NCBI GenBank assembly: GCA_964019335.1
Contig: OZ025735.1
Location: forward strand, 124,001 to 188,000
From: Diplonema japonicum
Lineage: Eukaryota; Protista; Euglenozoa: Diplonemea
Direction: 5' to 3'
Length of the DNA: 64,000 nt
In this document: positions 19,449 to 31,197 of the stretch, one piece after another
Position numbering within the stretch: position 1 is the first letter of the stretch
Layout: every line of letters begins with the position of its first letter
The notes under the pieces: generated by a model
What the model saw: only the letters and a program-made list of their open reading frames with translations
What the model was told of the DNA's origin: nothing
Databases searched by the model: none
Program-made: the position numbers and the translations under genes

Positions 19449-20844
19449 GGGGGGGGGGGGGGGGGGGGGGCAGGGTGGGAACAATGGGGTTCGTATTATT
19501 GTGTGTTTTTTTTTTGTTTTTGTTTTTACTCGATGAATAAAAAACAAACGTCTTTTTTTTTTTTCTTTTTTTTTCTCCGTGTTTCTTTCTTAACGCTTAT
19601 CCCTTGGGCCGCCCAATCTTGAGTCGGGTTTTCAGAGAAAAGATAAAAAAAAAAAAAAAAAAAATGGAATAGAAAAAAAATGGTTTTTTTTTTTGCGAAC
19701 GCGCAATTTGTTTCCATTTGAAACTTCATAACTTTACACTCGACGAGGTATTTCTCTGGGGTTTCCCCCATTTCTTCCGAAGTCTTTTTTTTCCGGCAAT
19801 TATAGATTGAGAGTCATCCTACGAAAATCAGTCTACTTTCAGCACAGGCAGACCCAGCCTCATTTAGATCTTTAGACCTTTTCTCAAAAACCCTCGGCTC
19901 CTATGGTTAAGACACCCTTTTTTTTTTCTCTCCCCCCCTGTGGTCAAAAAAAGAATTTCGAATCCTTCCCGGACCCACGGTCCTTATATGCAGCACAAGA
20001 GCATCTTCCATTTCCCCCTTATTATATTTAAAGTCCCTTCAAAAAAAAAATTTCTTTCTAGCAAAAAAAGGGGGGGGGGAAAATGGTCCATGCAGCAAGT
20101 AACACTGGCATGAGCGAGTCCATAACGATGACTGACCTAGGGGACTCTATAGGGCTCAACGGCAACGCGATACCCCCAGGCCTTGATGCGGATACAGTAC
20201 CCTGTGTGGGTGGTGGTTGCTTGAAACCTACCTTGCCGGTGAAGGATGGTTTCGGGGGTTTACGGCTCAATGCTTTCGCGCCGGTATATAACCTAGAAGG
20301 GAAAAAAAAAAAAAAAAAAAAAAAACCCTTTCACAAGATCAAGAAAATCAGAAGCTATTATACACCAAAATTCGTTAAATGCGGTAAAGGCTGTGTTTAC
20401 GGATAAGATTTGAAAGGAGAGAACGAATATATACAGTGCCCACACTTCCATTTACACAAAAGCACCCCCCCCCCCCCCCCATTGCAGTTTGTTTTTCTTT
20501 TTTGGCGGGGGGAAAAAAAAAGGGATCGGTGAAGATAAAAAGGGTGTGCTAACTTGAGCCCCAAGGTTTTCTTTTCTTTTGCTCAAAGCCCTAGTTTTAC
20601 AGATAAGGTGGCCGTCTTCAGCCCAGGTGTTTTGCGAGAGGAAGCTGGAGGAAGGCGCATAGGCAAGCACATGGGCAACCATGCCTAGGACCTCGATGCT
20701 CTCCTTGGAGCAGGCTGCACATTTCTCACTGAGATCTATAAGGCCTTGTCAGAAACTGGGGTGTATTTTGAGCCTATCCCCCGAACTTAAGGAAGTCAAG
20801 TGAGCAGTTTTCTCAAATAGATATTTTTAAGGGGGAAAAAAAAG

Positions 20845-21113
20845 ATGCCGAATACACAGTTCAATAGAAGGGAATCGGTTCAGAGGATGTGGGATATTTT
20901 CTTGGCAGATGCGGCAGTGACTCAAGAGGAGGTGTGTTTTTTTTCGGAGAATGGAAAGAAAAAAAAAAAAAAAAAAAAAGACTCTCGCAATGCCCACCTC
21001 AACGTTTAATGAAATCATTCAAAAAGCAGTCCCCGAGGACAGCCTTAGAGCAAAGCTCACAGGGGTGAGGGAGGACCTCATTAGCCTCGCTGACAACGAG
21101 GTGTGTTGGGAAA

Positions 21114-21149
<36 letters not shown>

Positions 21150-21211
21150 AGCTGCTTCGCCATAACCCTTCGCAAGCCGATAATTATTCACCACAGGCCG
21201 TGAAACTGTAA
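20845..21211 (+). CDS. Small 3-exon gene (88 aa), possibly SAM-like; may lack upstream exons
   Basis: Exons 20845-20931, 20981-21100, 21152-21211 are joined in phase 0 by GT-AG introns (49 and 51 nt, A-tract type) and give an open frame MPNTQFNRRES...AVKL. Confidence 0.65.
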
Positions 21212-21734
21212 ATTCAAAAAAAAAAAAAAAAGAAAGAAAGAAAATAAAAAAAATTTGCTTCCGCATATTTTTTAAGCCCTTTCAGCTCTCCTCTCCAAAA
21301 AAAAAAGAGAAGGAAGGGCCTTTTTTTTTTAAAAAATACAAGAAGAAAACGAAAAAGAAAACAAAAAAATGATACAAAACGGATCCCTGCCACCCCCTCC
21401 TCTTTTTTTTTCTTTTTCTATTTCTCAACTTAATAATAATTTGTACACAACACTATATTGCTGTTACAAGGTTCTTCCAGTGTCAATAGAGGCCCTAAAA
21501 ATGACCAAAGGACTTTTTCTTCTTAGTTTCGGCCTCTGATTTACGTTTCTCAATGCAGAATTCCAAACGAAAAATTACCGTCAGATTCTCCCACTCACAA
21601 GCAAATCCGACCCCTTGCAAGCCTTTCTTTCGCATCATGCCATTTCAGACCTTTCAACAAAATCTGTTATTAAAAAAAAATCTACAGAAAGGAATCCTTA
21701 ATCGGCACAAAGAAATAAAAGTTTTTTTTTTTTT

Positions 21735-23326
21735 GAGCGCCTCGCAGCAACGAGACTTTACCACAACCGCAAGGTACAGATCATCGCAGAGAACATCCTA
21801 CCGTCCGCCTTCTACGGCGTCCTCTTCGACCCAATCCCAGACTCTTGGCTGGTGAAGATGAAGAAGCAAATCACGTCATGCATCTGGGGTGCACGCAACC
21901 CGATGCGTTCCGCCAGTGCACTGCTAGGGATTGCCTACAAAGGACACACCCTAGACCCTTACTCTTCGGTGGTCTATAAAGCCATTTCGACCCTAGGTCG
22001 CCTGTGCACACGACAGTCGAACAAGTCCCTATTCGTGTCGGGCTGGGAAACTTACAAGTACGCAAAGGAGCGAGATGGAACGCCGTCACTTTCGAAAGGA
22101 CCATTTGGCAATGCAGAAATATGGCTGCGTGAAATCGGGACGAGATGGAAGGACTTCGTAAAGGAGTTGCCACGGGGCATGCCACACCTGAAACACGAGG
22201 TCAGGGCGCGGTTGAAAGAAAAACTGCGGGGCGAGCTCGCCGAAGAGCGGGACACTTTCAAAGGAATCGAAACAGGAGTGGACGAGAGGAAGACGAACGT
22301 CCTACACAACGAGGTGGCGATCACCAACCCGCAGAAAGCGAGGAGAATCCTCTGTGCCGTTACTGGCGCCATCCTTCCACTGCACCCTAGAGCCTACGGC
22401 GACATGGATGGCACGCGAACGAAATGCCTTGGGTGTGACGCACCCTTCGACATTAGGGGCGGGACCAGCGACCTCCTGCAGCATACAATTTGGCACTGCC
22501 CGGCACACACCGGTTTTAGAACGGCCAACGCCGACCGCGAATGGCTGGTGCAAGAGCACATCAACTGGCCAATCTGCACCCGCGTACACGGCATCATTAC
22601 CTCGGACTTGGACATCAGCCTATCGAGGGTCAAGGAGCTCCACCTGATGCTAGCAGAAGTGGCAGGCAAGCTCGAGAACTTGCACGCCGACAAGCAGGTC
22701 AGGTACTCCAAACAGCATTTCTGGAATAGACCATTCCGACCGGGGAACCTCTTAACCCCGAAACCTCTCCCTTGGTACCACGAGCATGGGCTGCAGAAGA
22801 AATACTTCCCAGGCCTAATCCCATTTGTCCTCAACTGGTTAAAGGCCCTAAAATGGGGCGAGGACGGCGGGCAAGTTTCTAAGGCGGAACTGGCGGTCGA
22901 CCTCATTGCAACGGAAAGGCTCCACATGGGTGGTGAAGACATAGCATGCTGGGCGAGAAAGCTCGGCAGGATTCTCAGCGTCTTAGAAAGGATCCATCTA
23001 AAAGGGACGGGGAATCATCTGATTCCGGCAAAAACTATGAAGTCAGTACACTCACTACGCACCCTAGGGCTCCACAGCCATGCCGTCACTGGATACTCCA
23101 CTCGTCCGATCTTCGCGTCCCCGAAGGTCACCCACTCGATCCTAGAGGAACAAATGCGAACGCATTGCATCCTCAACAACTCGCTAGTTGGTTTCACGCC
23201 CAAGCTGCTGATGAGATACTACGACGGGCCTAAGGCACTACCACGACAGAAGGGATCAAACACTAGATGAGTTGATTGTCGTTAGGCGATCCTGTCACAT
23301 ACTGCAGGTTCCCTTCAAAGACACCT
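21735..23326 (+). mobile_element. 5'-truncated non-LTR retrotransposon of a family related to the 4787-10956 element; frame intact to the stop at 23270
   Basis: ERLAATRLYHNRKVQIIAENILPSAFY aligns with SRLGATPLSFQQKAKIISSTILPSCLY. Also CLGC...QHTIWHC and VLNWLKALKW...VSKAELAVDL. Begins and ends at T-runs. Confidence 0.9.
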
Positions 23327-23440
23327 TTTTTTTTAAACCATATTGCATTTGAATACAAAAAAAAAAAAAAAAAAAAATAAGAAGAAAATCAACTAACATG
23401 CAACATCTCTTTGAAAAAAAATTTTTTTCTTTTCTTTTTC

Positions 23441-24353
23441 GGCGCCATACTGCCCCTTCATCCCAGAGCCTACGGCGAGTTGTCAGGCACACGTGCGAAA
23501 TGCCTCGGGTGTGACGCACTCTACGACGTTAGGAATGGAACCAGCAGCCTCCTGCAGCATACCATTTGGCACTGTCCAGCACACGCCGGCTATAGGACAG
23601 CCAACGCCGACCGCAAGTGGCTGGTGCAAGAACACAGGAGCTGGCTGAACTGCACCCAGATACACGGAATCATTACAACGGACTCGGACATCAGCACTGC
23701 CAAGAGTCAAGGAACTCCACCTGATGCTTGCAGATATTGCAGGAAAACTCGATTGTCTGCACGCCGACAAGCAGGTCAGGTACGCAAACCAGCATTTCTG
23801 GAATAGACCTTTCCAGCCAGGGAACCTCTTAACCCCGAAACCTCTCACTTGGTACCACAAGAACGGGCTGGCGAAGAAGTACTTCCCAGGCCTAATCCCG
23901 TTTATCCTCAAATGGCTGAAAGCCCTCAAGTGGGGCAAGGGCGGTGGGCAGGTGTCCAAGGCGGAACTTGCGGTCGACCTAATTGCAACAGAAAGGATCC
24001 ACATGGATGGTGAAGACCTAGCGAGCTGGGCAAGAAAAATCGGCGGAATCCTAAGAGGATTCACCAAAAAGGCACTGGGAGTCACCTGATTCCAGCAGAA
24101 CCTAAGAAATCAGTACACTCTTCGTACCCTAGGGCTCCACAGCCAACCCATCACTGGGTACTCCACTCGACCGGTCTTCGCATCCCCGAAGGTCACCCAC
24201 CCTATCCTAGAGGAACAGTTACGAACTCATTGCATCCTCAACAACTCGCTAGTTGGTTTCACGCCCAAGCTGCTGAAAAGATACTACGACGGGCCTAAGG
24301 CACTACCACGACGGGCCTAAGGCACTACCACGACGGGCCTAAGGCACTACCAC
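23441..24353 (+). mobile_element. Second, shorter and frameshifted copy of the same LINE family
   Basis: Clear nucleotide similarity to 22365-23246. Frameshifts near 23700 and 24060. Ends in a 22-nt tandem triplication. Confidence 0.9.
24286..24351 (+). repeat. 3 x 22-nt tandem repeat ACGACGGGCCTAAGGCACTACC
   Basis: Exact copies at 24286, 24308 and 24330; a single copy in the sister element at 23221. Confidence 0.95.
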
Positions 24354-24356
24354 AAA

Positions 24357-24452
24357 CAAATTTTTGAAAAGAATTGTTATTGCAAACCCGAAAGAATAGA
24401 GGCAGCTTGTCCGTTTATCCCTACTGTAGGTGAAAACGGCTTGCACAAACAA
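24357..24452 (+). repeat. Short dispersed repeat, copy 1 (copy 2 at 30766-30866)
   Basis: Shared blocks GAATTGTTATTGCAAA, TAGAGGCAGC, TACTGTAG(G/A)TGAAAACGGCTTGCACAAACAA. Confidence 0.85.
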
Positions 24453-25406
24453 ATTTTTTTTCCCCTTTTTCTCGGGGCGCCCCGGCCAAAAAAACTACGA
24501 TTCTCGAGTGAATTATGGCCGTAAAAATTTTTGTTTCAAAAATAAATAGCTATTGCAGCTTGTGCCGAGCAAAAGGAGAAAAAAAAAAAAAAAAAAGAGA
24601 AAACAAGACATATAGTCATAAGAATTTTCTTTTTTCGTTTCAAATTTGCAAGCAAGAACAAAACAAAACAAAACAAAACAAAACAAAACAAAAAACTCTA
24701 TCACGCAGTGCAATCAATAATGACTGGGAGGGGGGGGGGGGGGGGGGGGAAGGAGCAGCGTGTGTCTTTGTTGCAGCGCAAGAAAGGTGATCTTGAAATA
24801 GCGTGCACAAAAAAAGAGAAAAAAAAGTGCCCAGAATTTCTTGTTTCCTCCCCAACCACAACATAAGATTTGACATCGTCCTGTTGGAAAGTTCTTCGAC
24901 ACCTCTGTGAACTTGCCCATGTGACACCTTTTCCCTCTTTTTATTGTGTGGAGATAAGTTAACACGGTTTAAAGGACACAGCGTGAGTCCCCCTCCACGG
25001 AGCAAGAGGGTGAGGTAGGTGTCGAGGGATCTCACGGGAGGAATAGGACATACAACACCTTTTGAAGGCAACAAGCGTGCTTTTTTTACTTTTTTTTTTT
25101 TTTTCCTCCAGTCCCTTGTGCCCCCTCTTTCAAAAGAAAGGCCATGTGAATGAAGCTACTTGACCTTTGTTTGATTTTATTTGTGTTTCTTTGGTTGCCG
25201 TAGCAAGTTCAATGGAGTGCATTGAAGGCTGAAGTGGAGAAAGTCCCCCCCCCCCCCCCCCCCCCTTCCCCCCCGGCATATCCATAAACAATACACAAAC
25301 ACCTTCTCTTTTTTTTTTTTGTAATAGCATTTGTAAAACCAAACATCAATGTATAAAAAGAAAAAGGGGGAAGGAAGGAGTATATTTTATTTTCAGGAAA
25401 TACGAT

Positions 25407-26773
25407 ATGGACGGAACCCTGAAGGGCAGCCTTAGGGGGCTTCCTGAATGTGACAGCAGACCAGGGTCGAGGCAGGGTGCAGCATCTCCGTGTTTCATGT
25501 TGCCTGGTGGTTATGGGAAGAATGCCCCTGCAAGAGTGAGAGCAAACCCTGTGAATGGATGCCTGCGCCCGGTGTCGGCTGAGGGGTTGCGGCCAGGTTC
25601 TGCGTCCTCGGCGCTCCTTGGGTCGATGAATCAAAGGCTTGGGGGGACGATGAATAGCATAAGGGGAGGGGGTGACCTTTCCTTTGAAGATGAGATGCTG
25701 CGTCTTGGTACGAGCCCCACTCCATTTCGGCGGGCGTCCCCTGCTCCCGCCTTCACCTCCCCAACCCGCGCGTCTCCTTCACCAACTCCTGCCTCTGCCA
25801 ACAGTGGTGCGATAGGGCGTCCTATTCACGTACCCTACCGCCCTGACATCCGCCCCCAGCGTGCCCCTAACACCCGCACCCACACTGCCCCAAAGACAGC
25901 TACTCTGCGGGATTGTCTCCTTCTCGCCGAAGCCTGCCAACGTGCCGGGAAAGCCCGCATGGAGGGCCACGCTTACTACAAAATCGGCGAGCTTTTCGCA
26001 CAGAAACGGTATTTTTGGAGGGGGGGAAAAAAAAGGAAAGGGGGGGGGAAAAAAAAAAGGGAAACGCTAGCAAAATCGCTTCCGTATTTCCAGAAATACC
26101 TGAGCATATGCAGGAGGCTGAACGATTTACAGGTACAGAAAAAAAAAAGAAGAAAACCCCACAGGGTGAAGCGAAAGCTTTGAACTGTCTCGGCATCGTG
26201 CACCAGGAGCTGGGTGACGACGAGGACCTTGAGAAGGCGTTGGAGTACCACCAGCACCACAGTGACATAGCAGATGCTGCTGGTGTGTTTATTGCGAACA
26301 CGAACTTGGGGTTGATACGAGGCGCGAGAGGGGAGCTGGGTCTCAGCATCGAACACCACAAGCAAGCCCTGCAGTTCGCAGTGCGTGCGCAGGATAAACA
26401 GGCAGAGGCTTTGGCTCTAGCCAACCTGTCCTTGATGGGACGGAACCAAGGGGATCATGCTACTGCAAAGGTCTGCATTGAAAGAAATTTAGAGCTCTCT
26501 GCTGCTCTGCATGATGAAGAGGCCTCTTGCGATGCTTATGAGCAGCTCAGCCTTATCTCGTCAAACAAGCGGGAGTGGTCGTCGGCTTCGGACTTTCTTC
26601 TCCAAGCACTTGATATTTCTGCGAAGCAAGGCAACAACACCAAAAGCAACAATATCAGGTGCAAGCTCGGCTTCATTAACGGCACCATTCGCATGGACGA
26701 CCATTTCCGTTCCGTGGCGAAGATGATGGGCGCCAAGGCAGAGCGCAAGAGACGCTCAACACTTGCTCGGTGA
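25407..26773 (+). CDS. Tetratricopeptide-repeat protein (TTC28/TTC29/GPSM-like repeats) with S/P-rich N-terminus, 427 aa
   Basis: EGHAYYKIG, GEAKALNCLGIVHQELG, ANTNLG, ALANLS repeats. Introns 26009-26059 and 26133-26164 join the two listed ORFs. Confidence 0.88.
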
Positions 26774-27051
26774 AAGGGATACACACAACGGCAAAAAAAA
26801 TCTTTTGTAAAAAAGTAATGCGAAGAAAAAAGAGGAGGGGGGTCACCCCCTCCCTACTAGTTCCTTCTTTTGTTTTCTGTCGCCATCTTTTATCTCTCCT
26901 ATAATTAGTACTTTTTTTTTCTTTTTCTTTCCCCCCCCTTTATGTCTGATTGTTTCTGTCTTTTTTCTTCTTTCTTTTTACACTGGGGGGGGGGGGGGGG
27001 TAATAGAAACCATAAAATAAAAAAAAGGCAGCAAAAACAAAACAAAAAAAA

Positions 27052-29523
27052 ATGAAGCTAGCGAGAAGCAGGAGGTACGCAAGCACGATCCCTGAGAAGG
27101 CGAAGGTGGTCATCATCGGCGGGGGTATTATAGGCAATAGCGTTGCGTACCACCTTGGGAAGGAGGGGTGGGGTCACGAAACAGTGCTCCTAGAGAAGGG
27201 CGCTCTGACTTGCGGCACAACATGGCACGCGGCAGGCCTGATCGGACAGCTTCGCGGGACAACACAAGAAACCGATTTGTCAAAAATGGGTGCCGAGGTC
27301 TTCAGGCGCCTCAAAGAGGAAACAGACCAAGACACTGGGTTCAAACAGTTCGGCAGTGTGACCCTCGCCAGGACAAAGGACAGAACCCACCTCCTGAAGA
27401 GGAACAAGGCAAGGGCCGAGTCCTTCGGGATCCCTGCAGAGGTCATCACCCCTGAAGAAGCTAAGGAGAAGCTTCCTATGATCGACCCTTCCATCTTCGA
27501 CTCCGCCCTGTGGCTCCCTAACGACGGTGTTGCTTCGCCTACCGACGCCACCATGGCCTTTGCGAAGGGCGCACGAAAAAGCGGGGTTAAAATCCATGAG
27601 AAGGTTGAGGTGTTGAACATTATCAAGGAAAACGGTCTTGTCCGTGCTGTGGAGACTACACAGGGTACTATTGAATGCGACTTCGTTGTGAACTGTGCTG
27701 GGCTTTGGGCACACCACGTCGGGCACATGGCGGGCGTGAACGTCCCCCTCCATGCCTGCGAGCACTTCTACGCAGTCACCGAGACGATCGAAGGCGTCAC
27801 CGGTTCCCTCCCTGTCGTTAGAGACCCTGATGAATGCTCGTACTACAGGGAGTGGGGTGGTGGTCTTGTCGTCGGTGCCTTCGAGCTCGAGGCCAAGCCC
27901 TGCTTTGTGAAGGGCCCCCCCAGAGACTTTGAGTTCCAACTCCTCGACGACGACATCGAGCACTTCTGGCCCGTCATGGAGGCCGCCTTCCAGGCAGTCC
28001 CCGCCCTGCAGGAAACCCCTATCAAGAACTTCCTGAACGGGCCTGAGTCCTTCACACCGGACAATCAGTACATCCTCGGCGAGTCGCCGGAGGTCCCTAA
28101 CTTCTGGGTGGCTGCGGGAATGAACTCCAGCGGCATTGCTTCGTCCAGCGGGGCCGGGTGGGCCCTCGCCAAATGGCTTGTGAACCAAGCACCGCCCTTC
28201 GACCTGTCTGCCGTGGACATCAAGAGGTTCGGTAGTTACGCCGGGTCGCAGCAGTTCGTGAAGAAGCGGTCGAGCGAGGTGCTCGGCATGCACTACAGAA
28301 TCCCGTACCCGAGGTTCGAGCTTGTGAAGGGAAGGCAGCTGAGGAAGTCGCCCACCTACGACGCCCTGAAGGAGAAGGGTGCTGTGTTCGGGTCGAAGTT
28401 CGGATGGGAGAGGGTCAACTGGTTCAACACATCAGAGAAGACAGCACCAGGCGACGAGTACACCTTCGGCCGCCCGAAATGGTTGGACATCGTGAACGAG
28501 GAGTACGAGCACACAACCACACAGGCCTCTGTCTTCGACATGTCGTCCTTCGCAAAGTTCACCGTTTCGGGCAAAGACGCGGAAAAATTCTGCAACTACA
28601 TCTTCGGCGGGAACATGTCCGTCCCGATTGGGAAGGTGGTGTACACCGCAATGCTGGACGAGAAGGCAGGCTACGTGAGCGACTGTACAGTCACGCGTGT
28701 CGGGGTCAACGAGTACTACGTCGTGAGCCCCACCACCCATGCCACAAAGGACCTCAGACACATGCAAAAGGTCGCCGACAAGAAGGACTACGGCGTGGGC
28801 ATCGTCGATGTCACAAGCAGCTTCGGCGTACTCTCTGTCCAAGGACCAAAGGTCGACACCGTTCTATCAACCATGACAAGGCACAACATGGACTCCTTGA
28901 AGGCCAACGAATCCGTTATGCTTGACATCGGTGACTACTGGGTGCGAGCCACCCGTGTGTCATATGTAGGAGAGTACGGTGTGGAACTCCACATCCCCAT
29001 TGAAGCCCACGAAGGGGTTTACGAAACACTCATGAACAATAGTGGTGGGGTCTTCAAGGATGCTGGGTACTACTGCATCGAAGCCATGAGAATCGCTAAT
29101 GGGTACCGTGCCATGGGGCACGAGCTTGGTGCTGACGACAGCCCGCTGGAAGTAGGGACAGGCTTTGCAGTGGACTATACCAAGGCCGATGGTATCGCTG
29201 GCTCGAAGCTGATCGAGAAGAAGCAAGCTGGTGTTAAATCCTTCAACTACCGTATTGTGTCTGCGAAAATGGAGCCGCACCCCACCGCCATGTTCTGGGG
29301 AGGTGAGACCATTCTTCGTGATGGCGTGACTGTGGGTTATCTCACGTCAGGTACCTTCGTCCAGCCAATGGGTTGCAATGCAGGCCTTGCTGTTATCAAG
29401 AAAAAAGAGGAAACACAGGTTTTAAACGCGAAATTCTTATCGACCGGAACTTGGGAGGTTAACATTGCCGGGGATCGCTACCCCATCCAGGTTTCTCTTA
29501 AGTCGCCTATCAAAATGGAATGA
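27052..29523 (+). CDS. Sarcosine/dimethylglycine dehydrogenase-family flavoprotein (FAD oxidoreductase plus GcvT domains)
   Basis: IIGGGIIG, GTTWHAAGL (covalent-FAD His), NGPESFTPD, FGWERVNWF, DMSSFAK, RVSYVGEYGVELH. Confidence 0.93.
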   Translation: MKLARSRRYASTIPEKAKVVIIGGGIIGNSVAYHLGKEGWGHETVLLEKGALTCGTTWHAAGLIGQLRGTTQETDLSKMGAEVFRRLKEETDQDTGFKQFGSVTLARTKDRTHLLKRNKARAESFGIPAEVITPEEAKEKLPMIDPSIFDSALWLPNDGVASPTDATMAFAKGARKSGVKIHEKVEVLNIIKENGLVRAVETTQGTIECDFVVNCAGLWAHHVGHMAGVNVPLHACEHFYAVTETIEGVTGSLPVVRDPDECSYYREWGGGLVVGAFELEAKPCFVKGPPRDFEFQLLDDDIEHFWPVMEAAFQAVPALQETPIKNFLNGPESFTPDNQYILGESPEVPNFWVAAGMNSSGIASSSGAGWALAKWLVNQAPPFDLSAVDIKRFGSYAGSQQFVKKRSSEVLGMHYRIPYPRFELVKGRQLRKSPTYDALKEKGAVFGSKFGWERVNWFNTSEKTAPGDEYTFGRPKWLDIVNEEYEHTTTQASVFDMSSFAKFTVSGKDAEKFCNYIFGGNMSVPIGKVVYTAMLDEKAGYVSDCTVTRVGVNEYYVVSPTTHATKDLRHMQKVADKKDYGVGIVDVTSSFGVLSVQGPKVDTVLSTMTRHNMDSLKANESVMLDIGDYWVRATRVSYVGEYGVELHIPIEAHEGVYETLMNNSGGVFKDAGYYCIEAMRIANGYRAMGHELGADDSPLEVGTGFAVDYTKADGIAGSKLIEKKQAGVKSFNYRIVSAKMEPHPTAMFWGGETILRDGVTVGYLTSGTFVQPMGCNAGLAVIKKKEETQVLNAKFLSTGTWEVNIAGDRYPIQVSLKSPIKME

Positions 29524-30151
29524 GTTATATTAAAAAAAAAAAAAAAAAAATTAACATGAGTAAAAAAAAAAAAAAGAAAAACGTACCAGAAAAAAAAAAA
29601 AATTGTTCTCCCTTTTTTTTGACACCCACCACACGTTGCACGCAGTATACGTGTTCCTTTTTTTTTTTTTTTTTTTTTTCCCTCTTTTTTTTTTTTTTTT
29701 TTTTTTTCTCCGACAAAAAAGAGAAGGTGGGAGGAAGGGAATCGACTTCACAGAATGACCTTGTTCCGCTTTTTTCATTTGGTGGGAAAAAAAAAAAAAA
29801 AAAAAAGAAGAAGAGGGAACATTTAAAAAAAAAAAAAAAGAATCTGGTGTCTCCCGTTTTCATTCTTTTTTCTTTTCTTTTCTTTTTTTTGATATTTTTG
29901 TTTTGCCCCTCTTGAGAGGGTGGTTTAATGGTGTACCCGCATCATTACCTTTAGTCAAAAACCAAAAAGATGAAGAAAAAAAAAGGTGACCGCTCTCCTT
30001 TTTTTTTTTTTTGTTCCCTCTACTTTCTTGCCACTGTTGCCGTGAAAAGAGTCTCTAGGTTTGCTTTAAGAAATAGGGAAACCTGGAATTGCTGTCAACC
30101 TAAAAATTATATCGCCAACAAAAGTGGTTATTCCACCGCATAGTGTGAGTG

Positions 30152-30182
<31 letters not shown>

Positions 30183-30765
30183 CCCGTTTCTCTTCTCTTC
30201 TTCTTCTTTTGCACTATGCTTCTTTCTTTCATTCTTTTTTGTGTTATTCCCCCCCTTTTTTTTGGTACTTTTTCTTTTTTTATTCATTGTTTTTTTTTTT
30301 TTTTTTTTTTAAAGATGCTTAAGAAAAACGTTGTAATTTGTTATTTTTTAATTTTTAAAAAAAAGAAAAAAAAAAAAGAGTAGAAAATGAAAGCTGCCAC
30401 GCGACATCTTCTTAAAAAACAAACACCTCCCCCCTTCTACTCTTTTATGCTGTTTTGCAGCTAAGGGGAACATTGCCAAAGTTTTTGGCTTTTTTTTTCC
30501 CTCCATTAGTCTTCTTATTTTGTTTTATTTCCGTGACAAAAAAAAAAGAACTGCTCGCGCAGATTCCCTTTTTTTTTTTTTCTTCTCCTTCAAAATTTCC
30601 TCCCCGTCTCTTTCTTCCTCTCTTTTGCTTTTCTTTTTCTTTTTTTTTTCCAGCATATCCTCCCCCCCCTGCACACTTAAGAAAGTTGCTTCATGCCCTC
30701 TCTCCCTTTTCCTCTCGAACCACCATGAAATCCTTTTTTTTTTTCTTTTTTACGGGAACGAGTAT

Positions 30766-30866
30766 ACAAATTTTGAAACGAATTGTTATTGCAAAAAAAA
30801 AAAAAAAAAAAAAGAAAAAAAGAGTAGAGGCAGCATACTGTAGATGAAAACGGCTTGCACAAACAA
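30766..30866 (+). repeat. Short dispersed repeat, copy 2, with internal poly(A) expansion
   Basis: Matches 24357-24452 block for block. Confidence 0.85.
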
Positions 30867-31197
30867 TCAGGCGACTCTCTTTTTTTTTTTTTTCCTCTCT
30901 TTTTTTTGTTTTCCTTTTTTATTTCTTCCCCCCCCCCCTGCCTGTTGCGCAAGACCATGCACCCTCTGGCAAGCTCAAAACCGAACATCGCCAACAACTT
31001 GCTCAGCACTCTATCGCCGCTCCAGCCTGATAGATGCTAGCCCCGCTATACCTCGAGACGAGCGCTAGCCTTCCCACCCCCCTTTGTGCTTATATGCGGT
31101 GCGTGTTTCAGGTTTCCAGGGGAAAAAAAAAAAAAAAAGAAAAGAAAAAAAAAAAAACAACACAACACAAAAAAAGGCCCACAAAAAAAAAGAAAAA

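Noticed and set aside
20085-20270. Possible degenerate AP-endonuclease fragment on the - strand (QPPP...SRPGGIA...PR)
   Set aside because: Only a weak resemblance to ORF2 (PQP...QRGGLA...PR) with no catalytic motifs; cannot be supported without a search.
24286-24351. CRISPR-like array
   Set aside because: Repeats are contiguous with no spacers, derive from LINE coding sequence, and the context is eukaryotic.
27174-29280. Long minus-strand ORFs opposite real genes (also opposite GALC, GH65 and the LINE)
   Set aside because: Antisense shadows of biased codon usage with no recognisable motifs.
29520-30760. Many short poly-Lys/poly-Phe ORFs here and in other spacers
   Set aside because: Translations of A/T homopolymers. 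Poly-K/F stretches inside real ORFs are unspliced introns or UTR.
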